This document shows positions 9,042-19,975 of a DNA stretch of 64,000 bases, one piece after another. A program made the translations under genes and the position numbers. Numbering within the stretch: position 1 is the first letter of the stretch; every line of letters begins with the position of its first letter. Under the pieces are notes generated by a model. The model ran no database searches, was not told where the DNA came from, and saw only the letters and a program-made list of their open reading frames with translations. Origin of the DNA: Hormiphora californensis (Eukaryota; Animalia; Ctenophora); contig CM035351.1 in the NCBI GenBank assembly GCA_020137815.1, positions 2,666,001 to 2,730,000 of the forward strand. The letters are read 5' to 3'.

Positions 9042-11920
9042 GGGTACACCTGGCGTTTTTCATCATCGAGTGCCCAACCAAATGACTTCACCAGGGTTTA
9101 GGCCATACAAAATGGACCTCAAATATGCAATTTTGGCCCTAAATTCGAATTCATATTTTTGCTACAGCCTATTTTCAAAGTGGCGTTTTCTCAAATTTTG
9201 TCGGAATTTTTGACCTCAGGACCACTTTTTTGAGATAGAAACATTAAATTCTTGGAATTTGAAGAGAATATAAAGGAGAATAAGCCCAAAGAAGGATTTT
9301 TGAAATGGAGCTTATTTCTGGCCATGAGAACGGTTTACTTTTTTGCTTCTTTGACACGCTGGCTGAGAATGTTCCCATGCTTCATTAGAGATGAAAATCT
9401 GGAAATAGTTGCTCAAAACGATTATCTATGTGGCCCAAAAATTTTGGAACTTTTCCGCCAAAGATGTGGTGTACAGAGCTTGTTTTGTGAAACCCGTCTT
9501 TTTGAAAAAGAGGGAAATTCCCTGTATCTCAAAAACGGTTGATCGTAGAGACCTGGGACCAAGCTTAATCGATTCAGAAGGTCCGATTTTGGGGGGGTCT
9601 TCTGAGAGACATTTTGCTCCTACTCCAACCGTTTTTGCTGTAATTGCAAAAAACCAATTCTATGAAAAGGGGGAACAACTCTATTCCAGTAGCCTGCTTC
9701 GGGCTGATTTCCCCCTTACTTGCTGATACCTTTTTCGCAATTACAGCAAAAACGGTTGGAGTAGGAGCAAAATGTCTCTCAGAAGACCCCCCCCCCAAAA
9801 AATCGGACCTTCTGAATCGATTAAGCTTGGTCCCAGGTCTCTACGATCATCCGTTTTTAAGATACAGGAAATTTCCCTCTTTTTCAAAAAGACGGGTTTC
9901 ACAAAACAAGCTCTGTACACCACATCTTTGGTGGAAAAGTTCCAAAATTTTTGGGCCACATAGGTAATCGTTTTGAGCAACTGTATCCAGATTTTCATCT
10001 CTAATGAAGCATGGGAACATTCTCAGCCAGCGTGTCAAAGACGCAAAAAAGTAAACCGTTCTCATGGCCAGAAATAAGCTCCGTTTTAAAAATCCTTATT
10101 TGGGCTTATTTTCCTTTACTAGAGTACCCGTTTGCTGGGAACCCGTGACCTGGTAAATGGTAATTGGTAAATCATTTACTGTAACGCGCGAATTTTTCCA
10201 AAAAAGCGCTGCTTTTTTACGCCGCGCGCGGAACCTAGAATTACGCGCGCAGTGTAAAATTTTAAAATTCATTGAAAATTTCCTCGCGTTTTATGTCGCC
10301 AAAAAAAGTCGACGAAAAATTCCAAATTCGTGAATTTAGAATTATAAGAACTCCGGTCAGTTCTCATCTTGCCAATCCGTTTTCCGGGAACCCCTGGCCA
10401 AAGGACATTAAAGTTCACATAACGACCAAGTTTCATATCGATTGGATAAGATTTTGGGTGGCTACGGTGAAAAATATCGTATTTTTGGCATTTTTAACTT
10501 TCCCGACGCGATTTACGACCCTTAAACATTGAGTTACGGGAAATCGCTATCATGTAAAATGAAGTTCAAACGATTCTCTTTCCCCACTATTGCGTTAGTT
10601 TTTTGATTTAGAGCCGTTTTCAGGGTCTTAGAAGCGTTTGAAAAATGTAAGTATTTTTGGCGCAATGACGTCACCCCGTGACGTCACTGTTGTAAAGATC
10701 GGATCAAAAATCTGAGCCCGTACTTACACCCGCCTTGGTCCAAAGTACCAGTGTACAAATTTTCAGGGGTCTAGCTCAAAAACTGTAGGAGGAGTAGGGA
10801 GAAAACAATTATCGGACTAACATTTTGGAAATTATTATATGGATGACTAGAGTACCCGTTTGTACATTTCTTGATTGGATGCGACCTCGAGGAGCTATGA
10901 CAATGCGAAAAAAGGGGTGGCACGCGACTTTAACCACGTGGTGATCTAACCGCTCCTACTATCATACACATTGGGTTTTTGAAAAAACGGTCATTACAAT
11001 TTTGGCGAGGCGGGTAAATCATTTACTGTAACGCGCGAATTTCTCCAAAAAAGCGCTGCTTTTTTACGCCGCGCGCGGAACCTAAAATTACGCGCGCAGT
11101 GTAAAATTTTAAAATTCATTGAAAATTTCCTCTCGTTCGCGTTTTATGTCGCCAAAAAAAAGTCGACGAAAAATTCCAAATTCGTGAATTATAAGAACTC
11201 CGGTCAGTTCTCATCTTGCCAATCCGTTTTCCGGGAACCCCTGGCCAAAGGACATTAAAATTCACATACCGACCAAGTTTCATATCGATTGGAGAAGATT
11301 TTGGGTGGCTATGGTGAAAAATATCGTATTTTTGGCATTTTTAACTTTCCCGACGCGATTTACGACCCTTAAACATTGAGTTACGGGAAATCGCTATCAA
11401 GTAAAATGAAGTTCAAACGATTCTCTTTCCCCATTATTGCGATAGTTTTTTGATTTAGAGCCGTTTTCAGGGTCTTAGAAGCGTTTGAAAAATGTAAGTC
11501 TTTTTGTCGCAATGACGTCACCCCGTGACGTCACTGTTGTAAAGATCGGATCAAAAATCTGAGCCCGTACTTACACCCGCCTTGGTCCAAAGTACCAGTG
11601 TACAAATTTTCAGGGGTCTAGCTCAAAAACTGTAGGAGGAGTAGGGAGAAAACAATTATCGGACTAACATTTTGGAAATTATTATATGGACATTCTCTTC
11701 AAATTCCAAGAATTTAATGTTTCTATCTCAAAAAAAGTGGTCCTGAGGTCAAAAATTCCGACAAAAATTGAAAAAACGCCACTTTGAAAATAGGCTGTAG
11801 CAAAAATATGAATTCGACTTTAGGGCTAAAATTGCATATTTGAGGTCCATTTTGTATGGCCTAAACCCTGGTGAAGTCATTTGGTTGGGCACTCGATGAT
11901 GAAAAACGCCAGGTGTACCC
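9042..11920. mobile_element. TTAA-specific foldback element with GG...CC termini (Kolobok-like, non-autonomous)
   Basis: TTAA at 9038-9041 and 11921-11924. Left arm 9042-~9650 is the inverse of ~9735-10118 plus 11691-11920. Confidence 0.85.
10119..11690 (-). mobile_element. Two tandem non-autonomous Helitrons (10119-10843, 10847-11690) inserted in the right arm of the TTAA element
   Basis: On the minus strand each starts TC(CATATAAT) and ends ...ACGGGTACTCTAG; copy 1 has a subterminal CCC..GGG hairpin. No TSD, and insertion is at an A^T site judged from the intact left arm. The copies are near-identical. Confidence 0.75.
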
Positions 11921-12652
11921 TTAAACTGGATAAGTTCAGAAAGGCTGAAGCGTTTGTTTATGTGGATGTCGTGACGAGGGGGACACGCCGCACGCCAACG
12001 AACCGGTCGTCGCGGGTCACCTCCGTGCACCCCTACGTTGGAGGGGCCTGCAGCGTATGCCAAGTCACCTGGAGTTACCTATGTGCCACCTAGAGGTGTT
12101 TGAAATTTTTACGGATCACCATTTACGGACTGCCAACAGCCAAGTACTAACCGTTGAACATTTTACGGGGTTTATCAAAAAACGGCCATCTTGAAAATGT
12201 GTCCAAAATCGAAAATTATTATCAATTAAAAAAAATGCGGCGCGCTAAATACAGCGTGTTCTTATTTATGTTCGCGCGTTACATGATATGCGATTGAAAA
12301 AGAAAATTCAAATAAAACCTTCGGATCGCGTGTCATGTCGTCACTTTTCCAAGATGGCGGATTTTTCGATTGGCATGCGCTGCAGACCCCAAGTGCGCGC
12401 GTTTTCCACGGCTTCTTTAGGGCCTGTAGCATAGGCCAAATTTTTCGATTGAAAATCGCTGCCTTATCCCGCGCTGCGTTTGCCAAATTTTTCAAGGGAC
12501 TGTGGATGACGGTTTTTACTTTCTGAGGCCCCATTTTATCCTATTAGTGACCTATAAAAAGTTCAAAAGCCGTCAGAAGAAATATAAGATAGGATTTAAA
12601 ATTTACTCTTGTGCGTCAACTGTCGTCTTCTCACTCCTGTCACCTGTCTGTA

Positions 12653-15137
12653 AAGTCGAATTTTTAATGAGTGTCGCGTGGCGCGCACCAAATTTAGTGC
12701 GCGTCCACGGAATTTCGCGAAATCGATCAAGCCATGGCCGCCAGAAATTTGACATGTCGGCGACATTGTCGCGTTGGATGAGGAGATTTCTTTGTTCTCC
12801 AAGAGAACAAAGGAATCTCCTCATTTGTCAGTTTGTTCTCTGTTCCCTTCAGGCATGATCAGACGTGTTGAGTTGTCCTCTTTGACATATGCTCCTTGCT
12901 CTTTGTCCCTGTGCGAGCCCACTGATATACTATATCTCTGAAAAGACTTAGCAGGTATGAAAATCGTTCTGATTCTGTCTGGCATCGCCGACCCGATCTG
13001 AGCATACTGTCAGTGTCAAAATGGGTTCTGGCGCCGCCAGAAAGTTCTGATTTGGAACTTGAACCCAATTTTTCAACACAAACATTTTTCAACACAAACA
13101 TGGCGAGTGACGACAGTCTCTTGCTAAAAACAGGGCAACTCGAATGTTGCTTTTTTTGGTTTTGGATAGGATAATTGTCACTGCTTCGGCCATCGACCTC
13201 ATAAATAGCTGTTGGTAACAATCTTAACCCTTTCAGGCAGGATTACCTGTGGCTATCGAGGTGGATCTAAAGACGGAAATTATTACGTTATGCCGTGAAT
13301 TCCACAGTCAAGTCTCAACGGTGTTTTCGGTGGTCCACCCCTCTGCTGTATCCTAATAAACAACCATTATTACCAGGTAACAAGAAAGAACATGTTCATT
13401 TGTCTCATGTTCCTGACTAATTATTCTTATTTATTGCCAACACTACATGATGCATAGGGCCTAGCCCTTTGTACACTCTCACCCTGTGTGATGTGAGCTA
13501 TAGAAAGTATGGACAGGGTGGAGAGAGTGGAGAGAGAAAAATGGAGAGCTGAGAGGGTGGAGAGAGAATGGAGTGAGAAAAATGGAGAGCTGAGAGGGTA
13601 GAGAGAGAGAGAGAGAATAGAGAGAAAATGGAGAGCTGAGATGGTGGAGAGAGAATGGAGGATGGATTTATTTTGTAAATTTGTAACCCTCCCCTCTATT
13701 TCTTGATTCTCGGGCGAATTCTAACCCTCACTCCTACCCCAGGCATTTTACTGATATCGGGATGGCTAATGTTGGATTCAGTTTCAAACCTCTATCGATT
13801 ACAGTATTCTTCATATTTGGTAAGGAAACGCTCTCATTAATAACAATTATTGGGGTGTGCACAGACTGCCCAAGCTTGACCATGCCCATATGTGGGCAAG
13901 ATTTTGACCAAGTCGCACAGACTGACCAAACTTGGTCATTTGACCAAGCTTGGAGAGTAAAAACTGAAACTAATTCATTACATAATGACCCCATTTACAA
14001 CTTTTCACCTGGAAATGATAGATGCTTATGTGAGGGCACTTTTCCGACTAATTAAGATACGCTGAATCACGTAAGCAACTTTTCCAGAGGTCGATAAAGT
14101 GCCCCAATGAAGTATAATTGGCCTTAATTGTTGAATTAAGGTACTTTCCCGACCTCTGAGGGATTGTAAAGGTCGCTTACGTGATTCACCGTATAGTCGG
14201 AATAGTGCCCTCGCATAAGCATCTATTTTTTCCAGGCGAAAAGTTGTAAATGGGGTCATTAAGACCCAAATATACTCGGGATATACTCAATTAGGACACT
14301 TTTCCGATCTCGGCCGGATTGGAAAAGTTGCTAACGTTGTTCAGCGTATCAAAATTAGTAGGGTTCAGTGGTTTTCGATATGTTATGAATTAGTTTCAGT
14401 TTTTACTCTCCAAGCTTGGTCAAATGACCAAGTTTGGTCAAAATCTTGCCCACATATGGGCATGGTCAAGCATGGGGAGTCTGTGCACGCCCTTGGCCGA
14501 ATGCTACTAGAATCTTGGGCCCAAGATTTTACAATTTGGCCTAGAAATGGATGGGTTATGACCAAAACTGTAAAAATTGTGTCCAAATTAAGGCAAAACT
14601 TACCGCTTACCGCTCAGAATAGGTAGGGTGCTTTATTAAAAGTGATATCATTCTCCCCCTCTCTCTGCCCCTTGATCTTCTCTATTACTCTCACAACAAA
14701 TTAATTCTCTCAGGAAAGATCATGACAGACTATCACTTGGACGTGTAGCAATATCTGGATTTAAAGGCCGTGAGAGAAGATTGAAGAGGGCATCTAATCC
14801 TGGAAGTTGGAACTGGGAAGAGTTTCTTAAACTTATCAGTATAACAGAGAGGTGCAGGTGTGAACTTTGTGACTCTACTGTTTACAGGGAGTGATTAACC
14901 GATATGATGCTTTTGTAATGTTCTATTATCCCGGAATCTTGTATGTGTAAGGTCTGAGCGTGTGTAAAATCGATTTGTTATTGTTATTGTTATATTGGGA
15001 ACTCTTTTTCTTAAACACATACAAAGAAAATTGTCGTTGAATCATCAAAAACATCGATATCTCACTCTATAATATATTCCTATCTTTCTTTATCTCTCTC
15101 TCTCTCTCACACACACTCTCTCTCTCTCTCTCTCACA

Positions 15138-15208
<71 letters not shown>

Positions 15209-15226
15209 GTCTCTCTCTCTCTCTGT

Positions 15227-15262
<36 letters not shown>

Positions 15263-15617
15263 GTCTCTCTCTCTAGTCTCTCTCTCACGATCACGCCACA
15301 CTTTATCTGAAAAATATATTATTTGATCGCTAATTGTGTACAATGTTACAGCTGCAGCTGTTGTGTGTACAAGGGTCGGCACTAGAATGTTGATCGTACA
15401 ACACATGACAGTAACGTGACTTCATTATACCATATTTGGTCATCACCTGATGCGTTCTATACCCTTCCCGCCACTTACTGTGTGTAAGCGGCCGCGCGGC
15501 AGGTTTGCGCGCAACGCGTTGCAACGAAGGGTTCTTCGCGCGAAATTGAACCCTTCCGACGCGCAAATCCAAATCGCGCGGCTTTTAAAAAAACGACACT
15601 CATTAAAAATTCGACTT
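12653..15617. mobile_element. ~3-kb TA-flanked TIR element (AAGTCGAATTTTT family)
   Basis: 24-bp TIR AAGTCGAATTTTTAATGAGTGTCG / CGACACTCATTAAAAATTCGACTT, with TA at 12651-12652 and 15618-15619. No recognisable transposase. Confidence 0.7.
13853..14492. mobile_element. Nested MITE with ~110-130-bp inverted arms
   Basis: GGGTGTGCACAGACT...CTTGACCATGCCCATATGTGGGCAAG and its inverse. An inner inverted repeat lies at ~13983-14260. TSD not evident. Confidence 0.7.
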
Positions 15618-15626
15618 TATCTGGTA

Positions 15627-16753
15627 TAGTCGAATTTTTTATTTAAGCGACAGGCCGCCGCGCACTCAATTAGTTAATTGGTCATATCTCCGGTTCCTGA
15701 TAAGATAAAGACTTGATCTTGGTTGCGTTGGAAAGATAAAAATTTTATCTTTCCAATGGCACCAAGAAAAAGTCGCTAGCTTATCAGGAACCGGAAATCG
15801 ATTTCAAGCGCTGCATTTTGATGCGCGGCGGCCTGTCGCTTAAATAAAAAATTGGACTTTAAAGTCCAATTTTTTATTTAAGCGACAGGCCGCCGCGCAT
15901 CAAAATGCAGCGCTTGAAATCGATTTCCGGTTCCTGATAAGCTAGCGAATTTTTCTTGGTGCCATTGGAAAGATAAAATTTTTATCTTTCCAACGCAACA
16001 AGGATCAAGTCTTTATCTTATCAGGAACCAGAGATATGGCCAATTAACTAATTGAGTGCGCCGCGGCCTGTCGCTTAAAGGTCCCCCCAAACTACTATGT
16101 CCCTTGCTGCGCGCGACCGGATTTTAGACGGCCATAGCTCCACCCCCTGATAAGATAGAGACTTGAAATTTGTTTTGTGAGGAGATCATGTCGAGTTCTT
16201 CCTACAAAACAAATTTCAAGTCTCTATCTCATCAGGAAGTGGAATTATGACCGTGGGAAATTTTACAAAACCCGAGTGAGGGACATAGTAGTTTGGGGTG
16301 TACTTTAAATAAAAAATTCGACTTTACAGGGGCGGTGCGCGGCGTTCATTCACGAAAAAAATTTTGGGTCCAGCGCTGCAGAAAATGTAACGCGCGAGGT
16401 GGGTTGTTTTTGCCGATATTTTCACTTTTTAGCAAGTTTTCTCATTTTCTTCTCCTCTCTCGTCCAAAAAGTGGGTCCTGGACCCACTGGACTCAGCCTT
16501 GCTTCGCCCCTGATCTGGTAAAGTCCAATTTTTTATTTAAGCGACAGGCCGCCGCGCATCAAAATGCAGCGCTTGAAATCGATTTCCGGTTCCTGATAAG
16601 CTAGCGACTTTTTCTTGGTGCCATTGGAAAGATAAAATTTTTATCTTTCCAACGCAACCAAGATCAAGTCTTTATCTTATCAGGAACCGGAGATATGACC
16701 AATTAACTAATTGAGTGCGCGGCGGCCTGTCGCTTAAATAAAAAATTCGACTA
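15627..16753. mobile_element. Stacked MITE cluster: three 233-bp TA MITEs (15627-15859, 15862-16324, 16521-16753), a TTAA MITE (16079-16304) and a hAT-like MITE (16327-16512)
   Basis: Lengths reconcile exactly (463 = 233 + 226 + 4). The hAT-like element has CAGGGGCG...CGCCCCTG termini and the 8-bp ATCTGGTA at 15619-15626 and 16513-16520. Confidence 0.85.
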
Positions 16754-16783
16754 TACATTTTTACACATTTTTACAGGTCGCTA

Positions 16784-16935
16784 AAGTCCATTTTTATTCA
16801 ACTGTTCACCCCTCAACTCGTGCGCGTGCGATATTTTAATTTACGCTGTGCGCGCTACACGTTAACATGTGATAAACGCGCAAAACAATTCCGCACACGA
16901 CTTTGGGGGGTGAACAGTTGAAAAAAAATGGACAT
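16784..16935. mobile_element. Small TA-flanked MITE (AAGTCC termini); relatives at 41322-41468 and ~44139-44300
   Basis: AAGTCCATTTTTATTCAACTGTTCACCCC ... GGGGTGAACAGTTGAAAAAAAATGGAC inverted termini. Confidence 0.7.
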
Positions 16936-17200
16936 TATTCTCTGCGTTCAAGAGGTATAATAATATTTCATTTACATTAACTATGACACAGATATTGGAT
17001 GCGTTTTCTTATCTCTGGAGTGCTCTGGTGCCAGGTGCTCTGGCGCTCATGACTCATCGAGTAACTTTGTATGACGTTTATCACTCTTACTATTTCTAGT
17101 CAAAAAGCGGGATCTCAAATGTACATTTAGATTGATTGAATGATTGATTGATCTCAACATATCTCGTTTATCCGTTCAGTCCTACTGTAGGTAAAACACG

Positions 17201-19576
17201 ATGGATATCAAGCTGCTAAACACAAGAAACCTTTCTCGTCACTCTACAGAGCAAGTTTTTTCTGCCAGCGACTCATACATTGCGGTATCATCGGGGGCTG
17301 CTATTGCCGTTTTCGCACTGGATGTATCTGGCAAAGAAATCGTTCTCCTAGGACACACAGACACCGTTTCTTTTCTACACTTTTCTGCACCAAATATCCT
17401 CATTTCAGCATCATCTGATTCCCTTCTTTCGTGGAATTTAGACGAAGCCAGGACAGCTGCCAATAGCGGTAGAAAACCTTCCTCTGTGTACATAGGAGTG
17501 GGACTTGGATTTCCAAAATATATTTCGACGCTAAAGAATACGATTCTCCTGGCAGTCGGTAAAGAGGTGGTTGTGCTTGACACTTCTCGGGGAAGCACAA
17601 AGTTTTTAGAAGGTCATGAAGCGGATGTGATTTTCTGCTCACTTATCTCCCCTACCCAAGTTCTTTCTTTATCCCGGGACAACAATATGAAGATTTGGTG
17701 CCTGGAAGAAAAAAGAGCAATCTCCCAGTTTCACCTCTTCACCTCTGCACCTTTTACAGAAATCTTCTTTGATATCGACACCCTGTATATGGGATCAGCA
17801 GATGGGCATCTCCACCTTTATGAGCCATTATCAGGTACCAGATTGAAGCGAATAAACGTTGAGAATTACCTCCCATCAGCAGAAGCCAGATCTGATTCAC
17901 CTTCAGACAGTGATACAATTTACGCTCAACCGAGACGATACCTCACCAAATCACCTGAAGACGTGCCCGATTCCGAATGTTCGATCAGCAACTCAATCAT
18001 TTCAATTTTCAAGATCAGTTCCACAGTTGGTGGTGGCCCAGATCACGAAACTATGTCGACATTCCCCGACCTCCCTGCCATAGATGTTTCAGTACGGACT
18101 ATCCTCGTGGTGGTCCTGACTAGCGGGGTGGTTCAGTTAAACAGTGTATCCCACCAGCTCCTAACCTCAACCTCATTCCTTCATAACACCCCAATGTTAC
18201 CCCTGGGCTACCATGCTCACTCCTACGTTCACGGGGAAGGGTGTACCATGGTGTACACTGATCTCACTGAGTCTAATCTGAGTGTGGTGCAGTTCAGGAG
18301 GCTGTCTCTTGATCAGGAACAAGATGTTTCCGTCGTACAGCGGTGTATTCTGAGCCCTACCACTCCCCTGCTATGTTTGTCCCAGTGGAAAAGTCCCACG
18401 ACAGATTCCCCAAAGCCCAAGGAAAAGAGGAAGAAAGGGAAACCTTCGCAGTACTCGGCATCTACTATGAAACCCCCACAGCAGATGTTTAAACCCAACA
18501 CAAATGCCAACAAGAAGACAGTTAAAAAGGAGACGCCCAAGAAAGTGCCATATGCCTACCCTACTGGTGAATGTCGTCCTGTCTACGAAAAACACAAGCT
18601 AACAGTATCAGACCGCCGGTCTCCCGTCCAAGCTTTAGCCTACTCCCGGGACTCAGATTTCATAGCGGTAGGGTTAGCAGATTACAGTGCAGTTGTACTA
18701 AAGTTACCGGGTGGTTCCAAATCTGTGCCCCTCACGGGACACAAGGGACCCCTTACCTCAGTAAAATGGAGTGCATTGTCCAGCCAGGTGATCACAACCG
18801 CCGGGGATAGGACCTGCAAGATGTGGGATGTTACTAGTGGCTCCATGATCATCGATCTAAAATATCGGGATGGCAACACCAAGAACTGCGATAAGACAGA
18901 ATTTAAAAAGGACTGCTCCGGGGCACAGTTTTACTACATTGACAAGTTTATCCTGGTGGCTAATCAGGCTGAACTCCTTCTTTACAAGCACCATGTCGAG
19001 CGCCCTGAGCCCAAAATATCGAAACGTGTAATAGGCCGTTACCAGAGGGTATCCATGGGCATATTGCCAAGTGTAGTTACATGTATGAGCGCCTGTAATT
19101 CTTTCTTCTCCACTCTTGTCATGTGCGGTCTGGCTGACAAATCCCTGGGGGTATACGACTTCAATAAAGAATGTTTAGCAGTCCAGATACCAGATATCCA
19201 CCCACGTGCCCCGCACACAGTGGCCGTTATGGACGGATCAAAATGGGTGCAACACAACCCGGATACCCATAATCTGGTGCTAACTGCGGGGGTATCAGAC
19301 ACCTGCAAACTCTGGGATATCCGCTCTGGACAATGTGTCAGAGGATTCAGCCGGCAGTGCCGAGTTGCAACTACCCCCAGTGTCAGTACCTGTGTACGGT
19401 ATGTGGCTGTACCGGGAGATGACCAGGCAGTACACGTGTTCGATATCCGCCAGACTGGCACTGCTGCACACAGGATATCCAGTGATGGGGCCCTCGTTAC
19501 ACAATTTAGTACCAAGTACCCCCAGGTAGCGGTGGGGAGCAGCGAGGGAGTTGTCACTTTCTATAACGATCGGTGA
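17201..19576 (+). CDS. WDR27: WD repeat-containing protein 27, intronless, 791 aa
   Basis: N- and C-terminal WD40 clusters (GHTDTV, GHEADV..KIW, GHKGPL..KMWD) separated by a Lys/Pro linker. WDR27-type motifs AQFYYIDKFILV, ACNSFFSTLV, HPRAPH and LTAGVSDTCKLWDIR. Confidence 0.85.
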   Translation: MDIKLLNTRNLSRHSTEQVFSASDSYIAVSSGAAIAVFALDVSGKEIVLLGHTDTVSFLHFSAPNILISASSDSLLSWNLDEARTAANSGRKPSSVYIGVGLGFPKYISTLKNTILLAVGKEVVVLDTSRGSTKFLEGHEADVIFCSLISPTQVLSLSRDNNMKIWCLEEKRAISQFHLFTSAPFTEIFFDIDTLYMGSADGHLHLYEPLSGTRLKRINVENYLPSAEARSDSPSDSDTIYAQPRRYLTKSPEDVPDSECSISNSIISIFKISSTVGGGPDHETMSTFPDLPAIDVSVRTILVVVLTSGVVQLNSVSHQLLTSTSFLHNTPMLPLGYHAHSYVHGEGCTMVYTDLTESNLSVVQFRRLSLDQEQDVSVVQRCILSPTTPLLCLSQWKSPTTDSPKPKEKRKKGKPSQYSASTMKPPQQMFKPNTNANKKTVKKETPKKVPYAYPTGECRPVYEKHKLTVSDRRSPVQALAYSRDSDFIAVGLADYSAVVLKLPGGSKSVPLTGHKGPLTSVKWSALSSQVITTAGDRTCKMWDVTSGSMIIDLKYRDGNTKNCDKTEFKKDCSGAQFYYIDKFILVANQAELLLYKHHVERPEPKISKRVIGRYQRVSMGILPSVVTCMSACNSFFSTLVMCGLADKSLGVYDFNKECLAVQIPDIHPRAPHTVAVMDGSKWVQHNPDTHNLVLTAGVSDTCKLWDIRSGQCVRGFSRQCRVATTPSVSTCVRYVAVPGDDQAVHVFDIRQTGTAAHRISSDGALVTQFSTKYPQVAVGSSEGVVTFYNDR

Positions 19577-19975
19577 GGGGGACTGAGATATTTAAACAGT
19601 TATCGGACGATTTGATACCGAGTTATTTGTCCACAACGAGGTGTCTTGTTGTTATGTATGTGAGTGTGTGTAAATAATATGTCAGCGGTATAAGTTTCTG
19701 AGCAATAATTAAATGTTTCGGATATGTTTTTTACATTTTACAGGACGTGCAAGTCTGCAGCGGTTTCATTGTGTCATGCAGTGTGTGATATGGCCACTTT
19801 TAAAAGTGCTTGCCTTTGAGAGCAGCCTCACACTAGAGCCCTTTTATCTTTCCGACCCTGGGTTTTTTGTGATAATTACCCCTAGAAACTCTACTTTCCC
19901 CTCCAAATCTCCCTCCCTCCCATTTGACTAATAATTTCTCACTCCCTCGCTCTTTGAGTTGGAACAGCAGTAACC

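Noticed and set aside
9252-10065. Mirror-image ORFs on both strands (also 46445-46642 and the 5' part of 47299)
   Set aside because: By-products of palindromic elements, with no transposase motifs.
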